The notes: generated from the letters alone by a model not told the origin. Counted from the stretch's first letter, positions 1 through 10,301 are shown. The stretch: 61,223 bases of DNA from an uncultured Pseudomonadales bacterium (GCA_964620965.1 CAZUHV010000001.1:20839-82061); one strand, 5' to 3'. Numbers and translations: made by a program.

Positions 1-2
1 GA

Positions 3-554
3 GGTATAGACGTAACAGTTACTGAAGGTTTTACAGATACAGAATTTCCTCGTGATGATGTAAATATACAAACAGCAAAAACACACGATGAACTCTATGA
101 AACAGTAACTTTTGAAACTGGAACCCAACACATGGATGGCAACACAACCCTGAAGTACATTCGAAGTAGAAAGTCAGCAAACCTAGATCAAGGAACAGAT
201 ATTGCAAGAGCACAACGTCAACAACAGGTTATTTCTGCAGTGTTTGAAAAACTTTTAAGTTCTTCTACTATTAGAAACACAACAATTCTATCCGATTTAT
301 ATCTTTTGTATGATGAGACTTTTGAAGCTCAGTTTCCAAAACTTGAAGCCCTCTCAACAGCAAATTACCTTTTGCCATATAAAGATCAAATTGAGTTTAC
401 CTCTCATACTCTGAGTATTTATCCTGAAGATCCGAATGGAGTTATTACAAACCCACCAGTGAACAAATATAGTGGCCAATGGGTATATGAAATTAGAAAT
501 CTAGAAAGTTTTAAAACAGAAATAAACGAACTACTACAAAGTACCCAAAACTAA
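3..554 (+). CDS. LCP (LytR-CpsA-Psr) family protein, 5'-truncated by window edge
   Basis: Frame is open from nt 3 (GIDVTVTEGFTD...). Contains the LCP motifs 'MDGNTTLKYIRSR' and 'D..RAQRQQQVISA'. Confidence 0.85.
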   Translation, partial: GIDVTVTEGFTDTEFPRDDVNIQTAKTHDELYETVTFETGTQHMDGNTTLKYIRSRKSANLDQGTDIARAQRQQQVISAVFEKLLSSSTIRNTTILSDLYLLYDETFEAQFPKLEALSTANYLLPYKDQIEFTSHTLSIYPEDPNGVITNPPVNKYSGQWVYEIRNLESFKTEINELLQSTQN

Positions 555-560
555 AATCCT

Positions 561-812
561 ATGAAGCTATTTGATATTTTTTTTAAAAAACACGAAAAAC
601 CTTTTGACGAAAGATGGGTCATTCTCATTCTTTTAAGCTCTACAATTATATTATCTTTGATGGCAGGATATTATCACGCTACACTTCTAGCAGAACAAAA
701 AAAATACCTACGCCTTGAAGATTTATATGTAAGAGTACGTGATGAACTTGGCAGAGAAGAAACACAACGCTTAATAGATATTTCTAGAGAAAAAGAAAAA
801 AATAATAATTGA
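561..812 (+). CDS. Small single-TM hypothetical protein
   Basis: 83 aa with one hydrophobic helix (WVILILLSSTIILSLMAGY). Confidence 0.6.
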   Translation: MKLFDIFFKKHEKPFDERWVILILLSSTIILSLMAGYYHATLLAEQKKYLRLEDLYVRVRDELGREETQRLIDISREKEKNNN

Positions 813-857
813 TTATTCCGTAATCTCAAGATAAGCTAATACAAAACTAAGGAGCAT

Positions 858-1886
858 ATGCAAGAAACAAGAACACTACTAGTAACAGGTGGAGCTGGAT
901 TTATTGGTTCTAACTTTATTCACTATTGGCTTCACAAATATCCAGAAAGCAAAATTATTAATTTAGATGCTTTGACCTATGCTGGCACTCTTACAAGTTT
1001 GGAAGCTGTTGCAGATAACCCTAACTATACTTTCATAGAAGGAAATATCACAAACAAAGAACTCGTTGATAAAATCATGAAAGATGTGGATCTTGTTGTA
1101 CATTTTGCTGCAGAATCCCATGTAGACCGCTCTATTCTGAATCCTGGTATTTTTTTACAAACGAATGTTATGGGAACACATGTGTTGCTTGAATCTGCTC
1201 TAGAAAATAAAATAGAACATTTTCACCACATTTCTACTGATGAAGTTTTTGGAACACTTCCTTTAAATGATGCGAATGCTCAATTCAGTGAAGTTACTCC
1301 ATATGACCCAAGAAGTCCATACTCCGCAAGTAAAGCAAGTTCAGACCATTTAGTTCGAGCTTATGGTGAAACATATGGACTTAAATACACAATTACGAAC
1401 TGTTCAAATAACTATGGTGAGTTTCAGTTCCCAGAAAAACTTATTCCACTTGCTGTCACTAACTTAATGGATAATAAAAAAGTCCCTGTGTATGGTGATG
1501 GATTACAAGTTCGCGATTGGTTGTATGTTCAAGACCATTGCGTAGCAATTGATTTAGTTGTACATGCCGAAAAATCACATGAAACCTATGTTGTTGGAGG
1601 TCTTACCGAAGACGTTCCAAATATTGAAGTTGTTAAAATGATTTTAAAAATCATGGGTAAAGATGAGAGCATGCTCGAATACGTAAAAGATAGAGCCGGA
1701 CATGACAGAAGATACAGTGTTGACTGGAGCAAAATAAAAACCGAACTTGGATGGGAACCTAGTGTTACCTTCGAAGAAGGTTTAGAAAAAACAGTTGCAT
1801 GGTACCAAAACAACAGACACTGGTGGGAACCACTTAAAGAAGCAAACAGAGAGTTTTTCAAAAAAAATTACTCTACAGAAAAATAA
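858..1886 (+). CDS. rfbB: dTDP-glucose 4,6-dehydratase
   Basis: GGAGFIG, AAESHVDRS, STDEVFG, YSASK and YGEFQFPEKLIP motifs. SD AAGGAG upstream. Confidence 0.97.
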   Translation: MQETRTLLVTGGAGFIGSNFIHYWLHKYPESKIINLDALTYAGTLTSLEAVADNPNYTFIEGNITNKELVDKIMKDVDLVVHFAAESHVDRSILNPGIFLQTNVMGTHVLLESALENKIEHFHHISTDEVFGTLPLNDANAQFSEVTPYDPRSPYSASKASSDHLVRAYGETYGLKYTITNCSNNYGEFQFPEKLIPLAVTNLMDNKKVPVYGDGLQVRDWLYVQDHCVAIDLVVHAEKSHETYVVGGLTEDVPNIEVVKMILKIMGKDESMLEYVKDRAGHDRRYSVDWSKIKTELGWEPSVTFEEGLEKTVAWYQNNRHWWEPLKEANREFFKKNYSTEK

Positions 1887-1895
1887 AGGAGTTGC

Positions 1896-2483
1896 ATGAA
1901 TACAACTTTTAAACCAACTGAAGAAAATAAAGTTTCAGATACAGTTTATAAAACTAAAATCGACGGATTGTTCTTTATTCCTCATAAATATTATCCAGAT
2001 GATAGAGGTTTTTATAGCGAACTTGCAAGAACACCAGAAATTGATGCGCTCACAGGCAAAATATTTACTGTTAAACAAATGAATCAATCAAGATCTAACA
2101 CAAATGTTATTAGGGGTATTCATGCAGAAAGCTGGAATAAATTAATTACTGTCACAAATGGTGTTTGTTTTTGTGCACTTGTAGACCTTAGAAAAGACTC
2201 TCCAACTTTTGGTGCATTTGAGACCTTTGCACTAGGCACTGCAGAGCCAGCGTTACGTGGTTCCATTTATGTGAGTAGTGGTATCGGGAACTCTTTTTGT
2301 GTTACTCAAGGACCAGCAGATTATGTATATGCTGTAGATGCAATTTGGGCAGAACGTGACAAAAGCGGCGATGTTGCGATCAATTTATTTGACCCGGAAA
2401 TCAATATTCAATGGCCAATTCCAAAAGATCAAATGATTATCTCCAACAGAGACCTTAACAGCGTGCACTTAAAAGATTTATAA
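1896..2483 (+). CDS. rfbC: dTDP-4-dehydrorhamnose 3,5-epimerase
   Basis: DDRGF, RGIH and VDLRKDSPTFG motifs. Lies between rfbB and rfbD. Confidence 0.93.
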   Translation: MNTTFKPTEENKVSDTVYKTKIDGLFFIPHKYYPDDRGFYSELARTPEIDALTGKIFTVKQMNQSRSNTNVIRGIHAESWNKLITVTNGVCFCALVDLRKDSPTFGAFETFALGTAEPALRGSIYVSSGIGNSFCVTQGPADYVYAVDAIWAERDKSGDVAINLFDPEINIQWPIPKDQMIISNRDLNSVHLKDL

Positions 2484-2490
2484 GGAACAT

Positions 2491-3366
2491 ATGAAACAAA
2501 AAATCTTAGTAACCGGAGCAAATGGGCTTGTTGGCTCAAAATTTACTCAAATGTTTGCCGAACAGTATGAATTCCAAAGTCTAGATATTTCCGACAAAGA
2601 GAATCCTGTTGATATTACTAATCATTCGCAAGTCTGCTCTGCTCTGGAAAATTCCGATGCTCAATACATTGTGCACTATGCAGCCTATACCGATGTCACT
2701 GGAGCTTGGAAACAGAATGGAGATCAAACTGGGATTGCTTATAAAGTAAATGTTGATGGAACAAGAAACGTTGTTCAAGCCTGTGAAAAAACTCATAAAC
2801 ATTTAATCCATATTTCTACTGCATATGTTTTTAATGGGGAAAAAGAAGGTTTGTACACAGAGGATGATCAACTCAGTCCTATTGAATGGTATGGACACAC
2901 AAAAGCAGAAGCAGAACGGCTCATTACTGATTCAAAAATTGACTGGACAATTTTAAGAATAGACCAACCATTTAGATCTGATACACAAGTTCGCCCTGAT
3001 GTGGTACGAAGAATTGCAGAAGGGTTAAAAACTAACTCGTTGTATCCTCAATTTAATAATCATTTCTTTGGACCAACATTTATAGATGATTTCGCAAAAG
3101 TTGTTGATTTTATAATTAGGACCAAAACAAAAGGGTTGTTTAATGCTTCTAGTGGAGAAAAATGGACAGACTTTGATTTTGCAAATGCAGTAAACACAAC
3201 TTTAAACTTAGGTGGTGAAATAAAAGCTGGAGATCTAACAGAGTACCTTAAGACTCTAGATAGACCATACCAAAAAAACACTGCTATGGATGCTACAAAA
3301 CTAAAAAGTGTTTTAGATTTTGAACTTGAAACAGTAGAATCAGCACTTAAAAAAGTTGTAGTTTAA
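2491..3366 (+). CDS. rfbD: dTDP-4-dehydrorhamnose reductase
   Basis: GANGLVG, ISTAYVFNG and YGHTKAEAE (SDR YxxxK) motifs. Confidence 0.92.
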   Translation: MKQKILVTGANGLVGSKFTQMFAEQYEFQSLDISDKENPVDITNHSQVCSALENSDAQYIVHYAAYTDVTGAWKQNGDQTGIAYKVNVDGTRNVVQACEKTHKHLIHISTAYVFNGEKEGLYTEDDQLSPIEWYGHTKAEAERLITDSKIDWTILRIDQPFRSDTQVRPDVVRRIAEGLKTNSLYPQFNNHFFGPTFIDDFAKVVDFIIRTKTKGLFNASSGEKWTDFDFANAVNTTLNLGGEIKAGDLTEYLKTLDRPYQKNTAMDATKLKSVLDFELETVESALKKVVV

Positions 3367-3377
3367 ATAAAAAAACT

Positions 3378-4046
3378 TTATTGTCTTTTCTTTTGTTCTT
3401 CTCGCCAATCAGCTATTTTTTTGTGATCTCCACTTAATAAAACCTCTGGAACACTCCAGCCTTTGTACTCTGCTGGTCTTGTATAGGCAGGATACCCCAA
3501 CTCTCCTGGATTTTCGTGAGATTCTCCAAGACTACTTTCTTCATTCCCAAGAACACCTGGTATAAGTCTAGTTACTGCATCTAAAATAACCGCGACAGCG
3601 GGCTCACCCCCAGTTAATACATAGTCTCCGATTCTAACTTCCTCGTCGATCAAATTTTCTGCAACGCGTTCGTCAACACCTTCATAATGACCACAGATCA
3701 ATACTAACTCTTCTAGTTTTGAGTACTCTTTTGCAACATTTTGGTCAAATATTCTTCCCTTTGCAGAAGTTAAAACAATATTTGTCTTTTTTTTATCAAT
3801 ACCCGTACTATTTTTTTGCACTCCTATACTTTGTAGTGCCAAATCAATCGGCTCAACCTTCATCACCATACCAGCACCACCTCCAAAAGGACGATCGTCT
3901 GTTATTTGATGTTTATCTTGAGCAAAGTCCCTAATATTTATAATCTTAAACTCAACTAAACCTTTTTCTGTAGCTTTCCCAATCATTGAAGTTTCTAAAA
4001 TAGATTCAAAATACTCAGGAAATAGTGTCAAAATCATGATTTTCAT
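3378..4046 (-). CDS. trmD: tRNA (guanine37-N1)-methyltransferase
   Basis: LTLFPE, DDRPFGGGAGMVMK, CGHYEGVDERV and GDYVLTGGE motifs. Start moved to ATG 4046 (TATAAT 6 nt upstream). Confidence 0.97.
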   Translation of the reverse strand: MKIMILTLFPEYFESILETSMIGKATEKGLVEFKIINIRDFAQDKHQITDDRPFGGGAGMVMKVEPIDLALQSIGVQKNSTGIDKKKTNIVLTSAKGRIFDQNVAKEYSKLEELVLICGHYEGVDERVAENLIDEEVRIGDYVLTGGEPAVAVILDAVTRLIPGVLGNEESSLGESHENPGELGYPAYTRPAEYKGWSVPEVLLSGDHKKIADWREEQKKRQ

Positions 4047-4125
4047 ATAACTATTATACCTGAAACCTCTCAAGCAATCGAGTTCCTAGTTCAAGGAAAT
4101 AAAAAATATTGGTATCATATATACT

Positions 4126-5199
4126 ATGCCAGAAGAAGTCGGACCAACACTTACAAATGTTACCTTTATGGGACGTCAGTTTATCAAATTTGGACTTATT
4201 TTTTTGGTAGTGCTGATGGTAGGAAGAATCACAATTAATGGAATTGTTGCCTACTGGAAAGCAACCCACCCAGAACCTCCTCCTCCACCAACAGTTGGAT
4301 TCGGAACATTACCTGCGATTAAGTTTCCAAGTCAATCTGAAGATGAAAAACCAAGCTCGTACAAACTTGAAACAGCAACTGGCACAACCCCAGAGTTTGG
4401 AGACAGAGCGAAAGTGTTCTTCATGCCAAAAGCTACAGCAAGTTTATTAGCGGATCAAAATGCAAAGGCTGTTGCCGCAAAACTAGGATATGTTTTTACC
4501 CCAACTACAGTGACAACCGAACTCTATCGATGGAACAAGTCACAACCACTTCTCTCAACATTAGAGATGAATATTCGAACTATTAGTTTTAGTATTACCT
4601 CAAACTATCTTTCATTACCAGAAATTTTGGTAAACACTCAAACTCCTTCTGGTTTTGATGCTATCAGTAAAGTAAAAAGTGCACTCGATTCTGCAGAACT
4701 GCTACCAGAGGACGTCGCGACCGCATCTGGAGAAATCGTATACTTAAAATCACTTGGAGGAGAACTGGCTCCTGCAGTTTCACAGTCTGATGCAGATTTT
4801 ATTCAAGTGGACCTGAACAGAAACCCTATTGATGGCGTATATAGAATGTTCACAGAAGAAGGATACACAGGAACAATTAATGCTATTTTGACTGGTGCAT
4901 ATGATTCTAAAGAGTCTATTGTCGAACTTAATTACAATTACCATGAAGTTAACTACGACCAGATCCACACCTATCCTATACGCACCTCTCAATCAGCATG
5001 GCAATTACTCCAGGCAGGAGAGGGATATATTGCAAACAAAGGAACTCAAGATAACGCAGTTATTAGGAGTGTAACACTAGGATTCTATGACAGCTTTGAA
5101 GAACAAGAGTATTTACAACCTATTTACGTTTTTGAAAACAAAGAAACTGGTTTTGTTGGATACATTCCAGCAGTTGATCCTAAATACATTCAGAAATAA
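4126..5199 (+). CDS. Conserved hypothetical membrane-anchored extracytoplasmic protein
   Basis: N-terminal TM, poly-Pro linker (PEPPPPP), then a YycI/YycH-like C-terminus 'YLQPIYVFE...VGYIPAV'. Confidence 0.6.
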   Translation: MPEEVGPTLTNVTFMGRQFIKFGLIFLVVLMVGRITINGIVAYWKATHPEPPPPPTVGFGTLPAIKFPSQSEDEKPSSYKLETATGTTPEFGDRAKVFFMPKATASLLADQNAKAVAAKLGYVFTPTTVTTELYRWNKSQPLLSTLEMNIRTISFSITSNYLSLPEILVNTQTPSGFDAISKVKSALDSAELLPEDVATASGEIVYLKSLGGELAPAVSQSDADFIQVDLNRNPIDGVYRMFTEEGYTGTINAILTGAYDSKESIVELNYNYHEVNYDQIHTYPIRTSQSAWQLLQAGEGYIANKGTQDNAVIRSVTLGFYDSFEEQEYLQPIYVFENKETGFVGYIPAVDPKYIQK

Positions 5200-5226
5200 A
5201 TACTTTCTTGAGGTATAATAACAAAC

Positions 5227-6660
5227 ATGAAAGTACGAACAAGAATGGCTCCAAGCCCTACTGGAGAAATGCATGTAGGAAGTTTAGCAATTTCACTTAA
5301 GAATTACGCATTTGCCAAAAAACATGGTGGCAAATTTATCCTAAGAATTGAAGATACAGATAAAACAAGAGAAATTGAAAACGGAGTCCAACTCATCCAA
5401 GATATTCTCAAAAAATATAACATTGAATGGGATGAGGGTCCAGGTGTTGGGGGTGATTATGGTCCATACATTCAATCAGAGCGCCTTGATTTGTATGCTC
5501 AGTATGCAAAACAGTTAGTGGCCGATAAAAAGGCATACTACTGTTTTTGTACCCCAGAAAGACTTGAAGCAGTAAGAGAAGAACAACGAAACAATAAAAT
5601 TCCTCCAAAATATGATGGACACTGTAAAGCACTTTCCCAAGAAGAAATTGAAAAAAGACTCCAAAATATGGAGCCTCATGTCATTCGTTTGGATGTTCCT
5701 CAAAATCAAGAAATAACTTTTACAGATTTGATTCGTGGAGATATTACTTTTAACTCTAGTACAGTTGATGATCAAGTCTTGCTCAAATCTGATGGTTATC
5801 CAACTTATCATATGGCAGTTGTTGTCGATGATCATCTCATGGATATTACTCATATCATGCGCGGTGAAGAGTGGATCAGTTCAACACCAAAACACATTCT
5901 TTTATATCAGGCTTTTGGTTGGGAATTACCAGTTTTTGCCCATATTCCAATATTCTTAAATCCAGATGGTAAGGGCAAAATGAGTAAACGAAAAGGCACT
6001 GTAAGCGCACAATCATTTTTGGATCGAGGCTATCTTCCAGAAGCATTACTCAACTTTTTCATGATTCTTGGCTGGGCCCGAGAAGATGAAGTCGAAATCA
6101 TGTCTTTAGATGAATATATCAAACTCTTTGATCCAAAAGATGTGAGTGCTAAATCAGTTGTCTTTGACCTTAAAAAACTTAACTGGATTAATGGAATGTA
6201 TATTAGAAAGCTTACTCTAGAACAGCTTACAGAGAAAATTAAACCATTCATTCCAACAGGATTTCCAATGGACAAACTGGATGCAGTATTACCACTTGTT
6301 CATGAAAGACTAGAAACACTTGCAGATTTAGGATCTCTAACGAATTTCTTTTATACAGATATAGAAGTTGAATCAAGTTTACTACTCAAAAAATCAAGCC
6401 CAGAGCAAGTTAAAACTCAGCTAGAAGCAACGCAAACAATACTAGAGCAACTTCCTGATGCAAATTGGTCTGTTGAATCTCTAGAGCAAGCAATTAGAGA
6501 ACTTGCACATAAACATGAGTGGAAACCAGGCCAATACTTTATGATGCTTCGTATTGCAGCAACTGGAAGTAAAGCAACTCCACCACTTTTTGACACAATG
6601 AGTGTTATTGGTAAGAACCTCTTGCTGAAACGTTTGAAAGATGCTCAAAAATTAGTGTAG
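5227..6660 (+). CDS. gltX: Glutamate--tRNA ligase
   Basis: APSPTG-HVGS (HIGH), LRIEDTD, RGEEW and KMSKR motifs. Confidence 0.97.
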   Translation: MKVRTRMAPSPTGEMHVGSLAISLKNYAFAKKHGGKFILRIEDTDKTREIENGVQLIQDILKKYNIEWDEGPGVGGDYGPYIQSERLDLYAQYAKQLVADKKAYYCFCTPERLEAVREEQRNNKIPPKYDGHCKALSQEEIEKRLQNMEPHVIRLDVPQNQEITFTDLIRGDITFNSSTVDDQVLLKSDGYPTYHMAVVVDDHLMDITHIMRGEEWISSTPKHILLYQAFGWELPVFAHIPIFLNPDGKGKMSKRKGTVSAQSFLDRGYLPEALLNFFMILGWAREDEVEIMSLDEYIKLFDPKDVSAKSVVFDLKKLNWINGMYIRKLTLEQLTEKIKPFIPTGFPMDKLDAVLPLVHERLETLADLGSLTNFFYTDIEVESSLLLKKSSPEQVKTQLEATQTILEQLPDANWSVESLEQAIRELAHKHEWKPGQYFMMLRIAATGSKATPPLFDTMSVIGKNLLLKRLKDAQKLV

Positions 6661-6669
6661 AATGAAGGA

Positions 6670-7572
6670 GTGATACCTGCCATCATTCAACCTCCATCTG
6701 AAAAATTAACGAAATTAAAGTTGTTTTTAGAAAAAACCAAAACTGAGTTTAGTGCCGAAAATCTTGACTTGATGGATTGGATTGACGACCGAAAACTTCA
6801 GGTTGAAAACCTTTCTTTTACTCAAGAATTACAAAAAAATTCTCAAAATTTTGATTCTGTTGAATCAGACCTTATCACCCAAGTTGAAAACCTTCAATCA
6901 AAGGATGCCCCTCTACTTTCTTCTGTTACCAAAGAGGAATACCAATCCATTATGGATAAAATGGTTCAGTTGCTACAATTACCAGCGGGTCAGCTTGCAG
7001 AAGAATCAGAACTGTACCTAGAACAACAACTCTCGGATATTCTTGGTTTTGATGTAGTAGCAGAATATGAAAATCATAGACCACTTTTTTCTACTGGAAT
7101 TATGAAAGCAGTTCCCCACCTCAAAAGATCTCCAACCGATACATTGTTGAATCATACGAACTATCATGAAGCAGGTATAAACCAAAGCAGAAGCATCTTT
7201 GGTTGGTTTGGATCAGGATCAGACTTAGATCCTGCTATTATCGCTGCAGAAAAGTACTTTATTACCATCCCCCTATACTTTGATCCTGCTTGGCAAACAG
7301 ACGCAACTGAACTAAAAAATTGGTATAAATTTAGAAAAGCAATTATTATCAATCCTGCTAATAGAGTTGCAGTGGTATGTGTTATAGGAGATATTGGACC
7401 AAATACAATCACTAGAAAACAGTTTGGGGGATCACCAGAGCTCATTCACGAAGGAAAGATCTGGAGTCCTCAAGCTGCTGGAAGAGTTTTACTACTCTTT
7501 GTAGATGATAAAGAAAATTCTGTTCCACTTGGACCAATTCAGTTTGATACTATTTTTGAGAAAAACGGATAA
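6670..7572 (+). CDS. Hypothetical protein, possible C-terminal DPBB (RlpA/expansin-like) domain
   Basis: Long ORF with a GTG start. 'AIIINPANRVAVVCVIGDIGP' resembles the DPBB VxVxDxGP motif. Confidence 0.5.
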   Translation: MIPAIIQPPSEKLTKLKLFLEKTKTEFSAENLDLMDWIDDRKLQVENLSFTQELQKNSQNFDSVESDLITQVENLQSKDAPLLSSVTKEEYQSIMDKMVQLLQLPAGQLAEESELYLEQQLSDILGFDVVAEYENHRPLFSTGIMKAVPHLKRSPTDTLLNHTNYHEAGINQSRSIFGWFGSGSDLDPAIIAAEKYFITIPLYFDPAWQTDATELKNWYKFRKAIIINPANRVAVVCVIGDIGPNTITRKQFGGSPELIHEGKIWSPQAAGRVLLLFVDDKENSVPLGPIQFDTIFEKNG

Positions 7573-7579
7573 AAATACT

Positions 7580-7924
7580 ATGGACGAACTAGATTTAATC
7601 AACATTGACTATTTTAAAAAAAGCTACTACAAGGCCTTGCTTCCGCTGCCTCAAATCAATGAGTTTTTAAAAGAATTTGAATCTAGAGAAATTGATACAG
7701 TAACCAAAACGCTTATAGCACTTTTTGATGTAAGTATCACAAAAACACTACTTTTAAACCTTGAACAAAGAGAAGATCAAGAAGAATTTTTAAGATTGAT
7801 ACAAAACGACTATACAAACCCTGCCATCTTTGACTTCCTTACAGACAAATTTCCAGGCAGTGAAGAACTTATTAAACAAACACTGGAAAGGACACTACTT
7901 AGTGCAAAAAAAGCAATACTGTAG
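7580..7924 (+). CDS. Hypothetical protein
   Basis: Helical ORF. ATG 7580 follows the upstream stop; the longer track start overlaps the previous gene. Confidence 0.6.
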   Translation: MDELDLINIDYFKKSYYKALLPLPQINEFLKEFESREIDTVTKTLIALFDVSITKTLLLNLEQREDQEEFLRLIQNDYTNPAIFDFLTDKFPGSEELIKQTLERTLLSAKKAIL

Positions 7925-7938
7925 TATCTTGTATTAGT

Positions 7939-8328
7939 ATGTTGATTATTAACTTAAACATTGGCTCTCGATATCCTGTTAACAGAAAAAAGCTCAGAGA
8001 AGCCGCAAAAAAAGTTTTACAAGAAAATAATGTATCACATGCTCAAGTCGATATTTCTGTAGTTGGGAAGCGTAAAATTAAAGAACTCAACGAATCAGAA
8101 CTAAAACACGAAGGCGAAACAGACGTACTTTCTTTTCCTCAACATGAAAAAAATGATTTATATGATTTTCCTTTGCCAGAAGGTATCCCTCCGCACTTAG
8201 GAGATATCGTTGTTAGCTTTCCTGAAGCGGTAAAAACTGCTCGAAGATACGGAAAGCTCGTAGATGACCAAATTTGTTTTTATTTACAACACGGAATGAT
8301 GCACCTACTTGGGTATCACCACGAATAA
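7939..8328 (+). CDS. ybeY: rRNA maturation endoribonuclease YbeY
   Basis: TDVLSFP, LGDIVVS and HGMMHLLGYHH motifs. Confidence 0.93.
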   Translation: MLIINLNIGSRYPVNRKKLREAAKKVLQENNVSHAQVDISVVGKRKIKELNESELKHEGETDVLSFPQHEKNDLYDFPLPEGIPPHLGDIVVSFPEAVKTARRYGKLVDDQICFYLQHGMMHLLGYHHE

Positions 8329-8330
8329 TT

Positions 8331-9923
8331 ATGTCTTGGAATAGAGTTTATCGACCTACACAAGTTGCCGACTTACACTTAGATTTTGTAAGAACACAAA
8401 TCCAGAGAATGATGGAAGCTGGGAAAATACCTCAAGCTCTATTATTTGCTGGACCAAAAGGAACGGGTAAAACTTCAACATCAAGAATTCTTGGAGCAAT
8501 AGTTAATGACCCAAAAAATGCAAAAGTAGTCGATGCTGTTTATTTTAAAAAAGCAGGCCCTACAAAAAAACTTGTAGAACCTGACTCCCAAAGTGAGTTT
8601 AATACTAAAATCTTTGAAGGTAATTCATTTGTTGTTCAAGAAATGGATGCTGCAAGTAATCGTGGTATAGATGATATTAGACAACTCAAAACACGAGCTT
8701 ATTTACCGCCCCAAGAAGGCAAGATGTCTGTGTTCATCCTAGACGAAGCGCATATGCTTACAACCGAAGCCTTCAATGCACTCCTCAAACTACTTGAAGA
8801 ACCTCCGGAACACGTTATTTTTATCCTTGCGACAACTGAACTACATAAAATCCCAGATACTATTGTTTCTAGATGCCAGCTTGTTGAGTTCAAAAAAGCA
8901 ACCGAGCATGAAATCATGAATCGCCTCAAGTCTATCCTCTTAAATGAAAAAATTACATTTGAAGATGAAGCACTCAAACTTATAGCAAAAAATGCTGATG
9001 GTAGTTTTAGAGATGCAGTAAAACTACTAGAACTCTCTTCACAATCTGGAAAAATAACTCAAGCATCGGTCGAGGCATTTGTAGCAAACTCTGTAACATC
9101 TGAAGTTCAAGAACTACTCAAACATCTTCTTAATAAAGATGAAATCAAGGTTGTCGAACTTTTCCAATTACTCAGAGAAAAATCAATAGACGAAAAATAC
9201 TTTCATAGATCAATACTAGAATTTATTCATGAAAGTTTACTGCTAAATCTTGGCTTAAAAAAAGGAGAATCTATCCTTAACCGAGCAGTTGCTCAATTTT
9301 TACTTCAAGAACTAAGCGATTCTACCTTAAGCGAACCAACTCCTATTCCACATCTAAAACTAGAACTCAAAATTCTTGAGCTTATTGATCGCTCAAAAAA
9401 TAAATCTGGAACGTCAGTAAAAAAAAATCCTGAACCAATGAAGACTGCTCCAAAAATTGAGGAAACTATTAAAACTACTGCTATACCAGCCTCTCCTGTT
9501 CAAGAAAGTCAGTATGAAGAAGCATTCACTGCCCAACTAAACAGAGAAAATCAATTTGAAGATACTATTAATACTAGTGTTGCTTCTCAATACTATGGCG
9601 ATGCAAAACAATTATTTGATAAATGGCAAGATTTTATCGAAAAACTAGCTGTTAATAATTCTACACTTGCAGCACTCCTTCGCTCTGCAAAGCTTGTCTC
9701 GAACCAAGACCATTCTGCAACTATTGGAGTCTATTACCGTTTCCACCAAGAACAGCTTTCTCAAAAGAAATCTATCCAAGCAATGCAAGAATGTATCAAG
9801 ATTCTCTTTGGTGACTACATTGAGCTTGAATTTATAGTACTCAAAGCCCCAGAAAAAGCAGAACTTGTTGAACCTCAAAAACCAGATAGCCTTGTTGATT
9901 CTGCAATGCAAGCATTGTTGTAA
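8331..9923 (+). CDS. dnaX: DNA polymerase III subunit gamma/tau
   Basis: YRP, GPKGTGKT, DAASNRGIDDIR, ILDEAHMLT, AFNALLKLLEEPP and SRC motifs. Start set at MSWNRVYRP. Confidence 0.96.
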   Translation: MSWNRVYRPTQVADLHLDFVRTQIQRMMEAGKIPQALLFAGPKGTGKTSTSRILGAIVNDPKNAKVVDAVYFKKAGPTKKLVEPDSQSEFNTKIFEGNSFVVQEMDAASNRGIDDIRQLKTRAYLPPQEGKMSVFILDEAHMLTTEAFNALLKLLEEPPEHVIFILATTELHKIPDTIVSRCQLVEFKKATEHEIMNRLKSILLNEKITFEDEALKLIAKNADGSFRDAVKLLELSSQSGKITQASVEAFVANSVTSEVQELLKHLLNKDEIKVVELFQLLREKSIDEKYFHRSILEFIHESLLLNLGLKKGESILNRAVAQFLLQELSDSTLSEPTPIPHLKLELKILELIDRSKNKSGTSVKKNPEPMKTAPKIEETIKTTAIPASPVQESQYEEAFTAQLNRENQFEDTINTSVASQYYGDAKQLFDKWQDFIEKLAVNNSTLAALLRSAKLVSNQDHSATIGVYYRFHQEQLSQKKSIQAMQECIKILFGDYIELEFIVLKAPEKAELVEPQKPDSLVDSAMQALL

Positions 9924-9998
9924 TACATATAAAATACGGTAGATAAGAACGCATACTTATAGTAAAATTAGGTACACAATTAAGAAAGGAATATACAT

Positions 9999-10280
9999 AT
10001 GGCAAACCCTCTCAAAGCACTCGGTGACTTGAATAACTTAAGAAAGCAAGCACAACAAATGCAACAACAACTTCAAGCTGAAGAAATCAGAATTGAAGAA
10101 GGTGACATTTTAGTGGTTATTTCTGGTGATCAAAAAATTAAACAATTTTCTGTTCAAGGTGTTTCAAGCCCAGAAGCAATTGACGTTTTAAACAAAGCAA
10201 TCAAAAAATCACAAGAACTTGCTGCAAAAAAACTACAAGCAATGACTGGTGGTCTTGGTGGTATGCTTGGTGGCAACTAA
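9999..10280 (+). CDS. ybaB: YbaB/EbfC nucleoid-associated protein
   Basis: QAQQMQQQL N-terminus, Gly-rich MTGGLGGMLG tail, and position after dnaX. Confidence 0.85.
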   Translation: MANPLKALGDLNNLRKQAQQMQQQLQAEEIRIEEGDILVVISGDQKIKQFSVQGVSSPEAIDVLNKAIKKSQELAAKKLQAMTGGLGGMLGGN

Positions 10281-10301
10281 ATTTATTTGAAAATAAAAAT
10301 G

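Noticed and set aside
858-3366. rml cluster lacking rmlA
   Set aside because: Split rml operons are common and rmlA may be elsewhere in the genome, so it is uninformative from one window.
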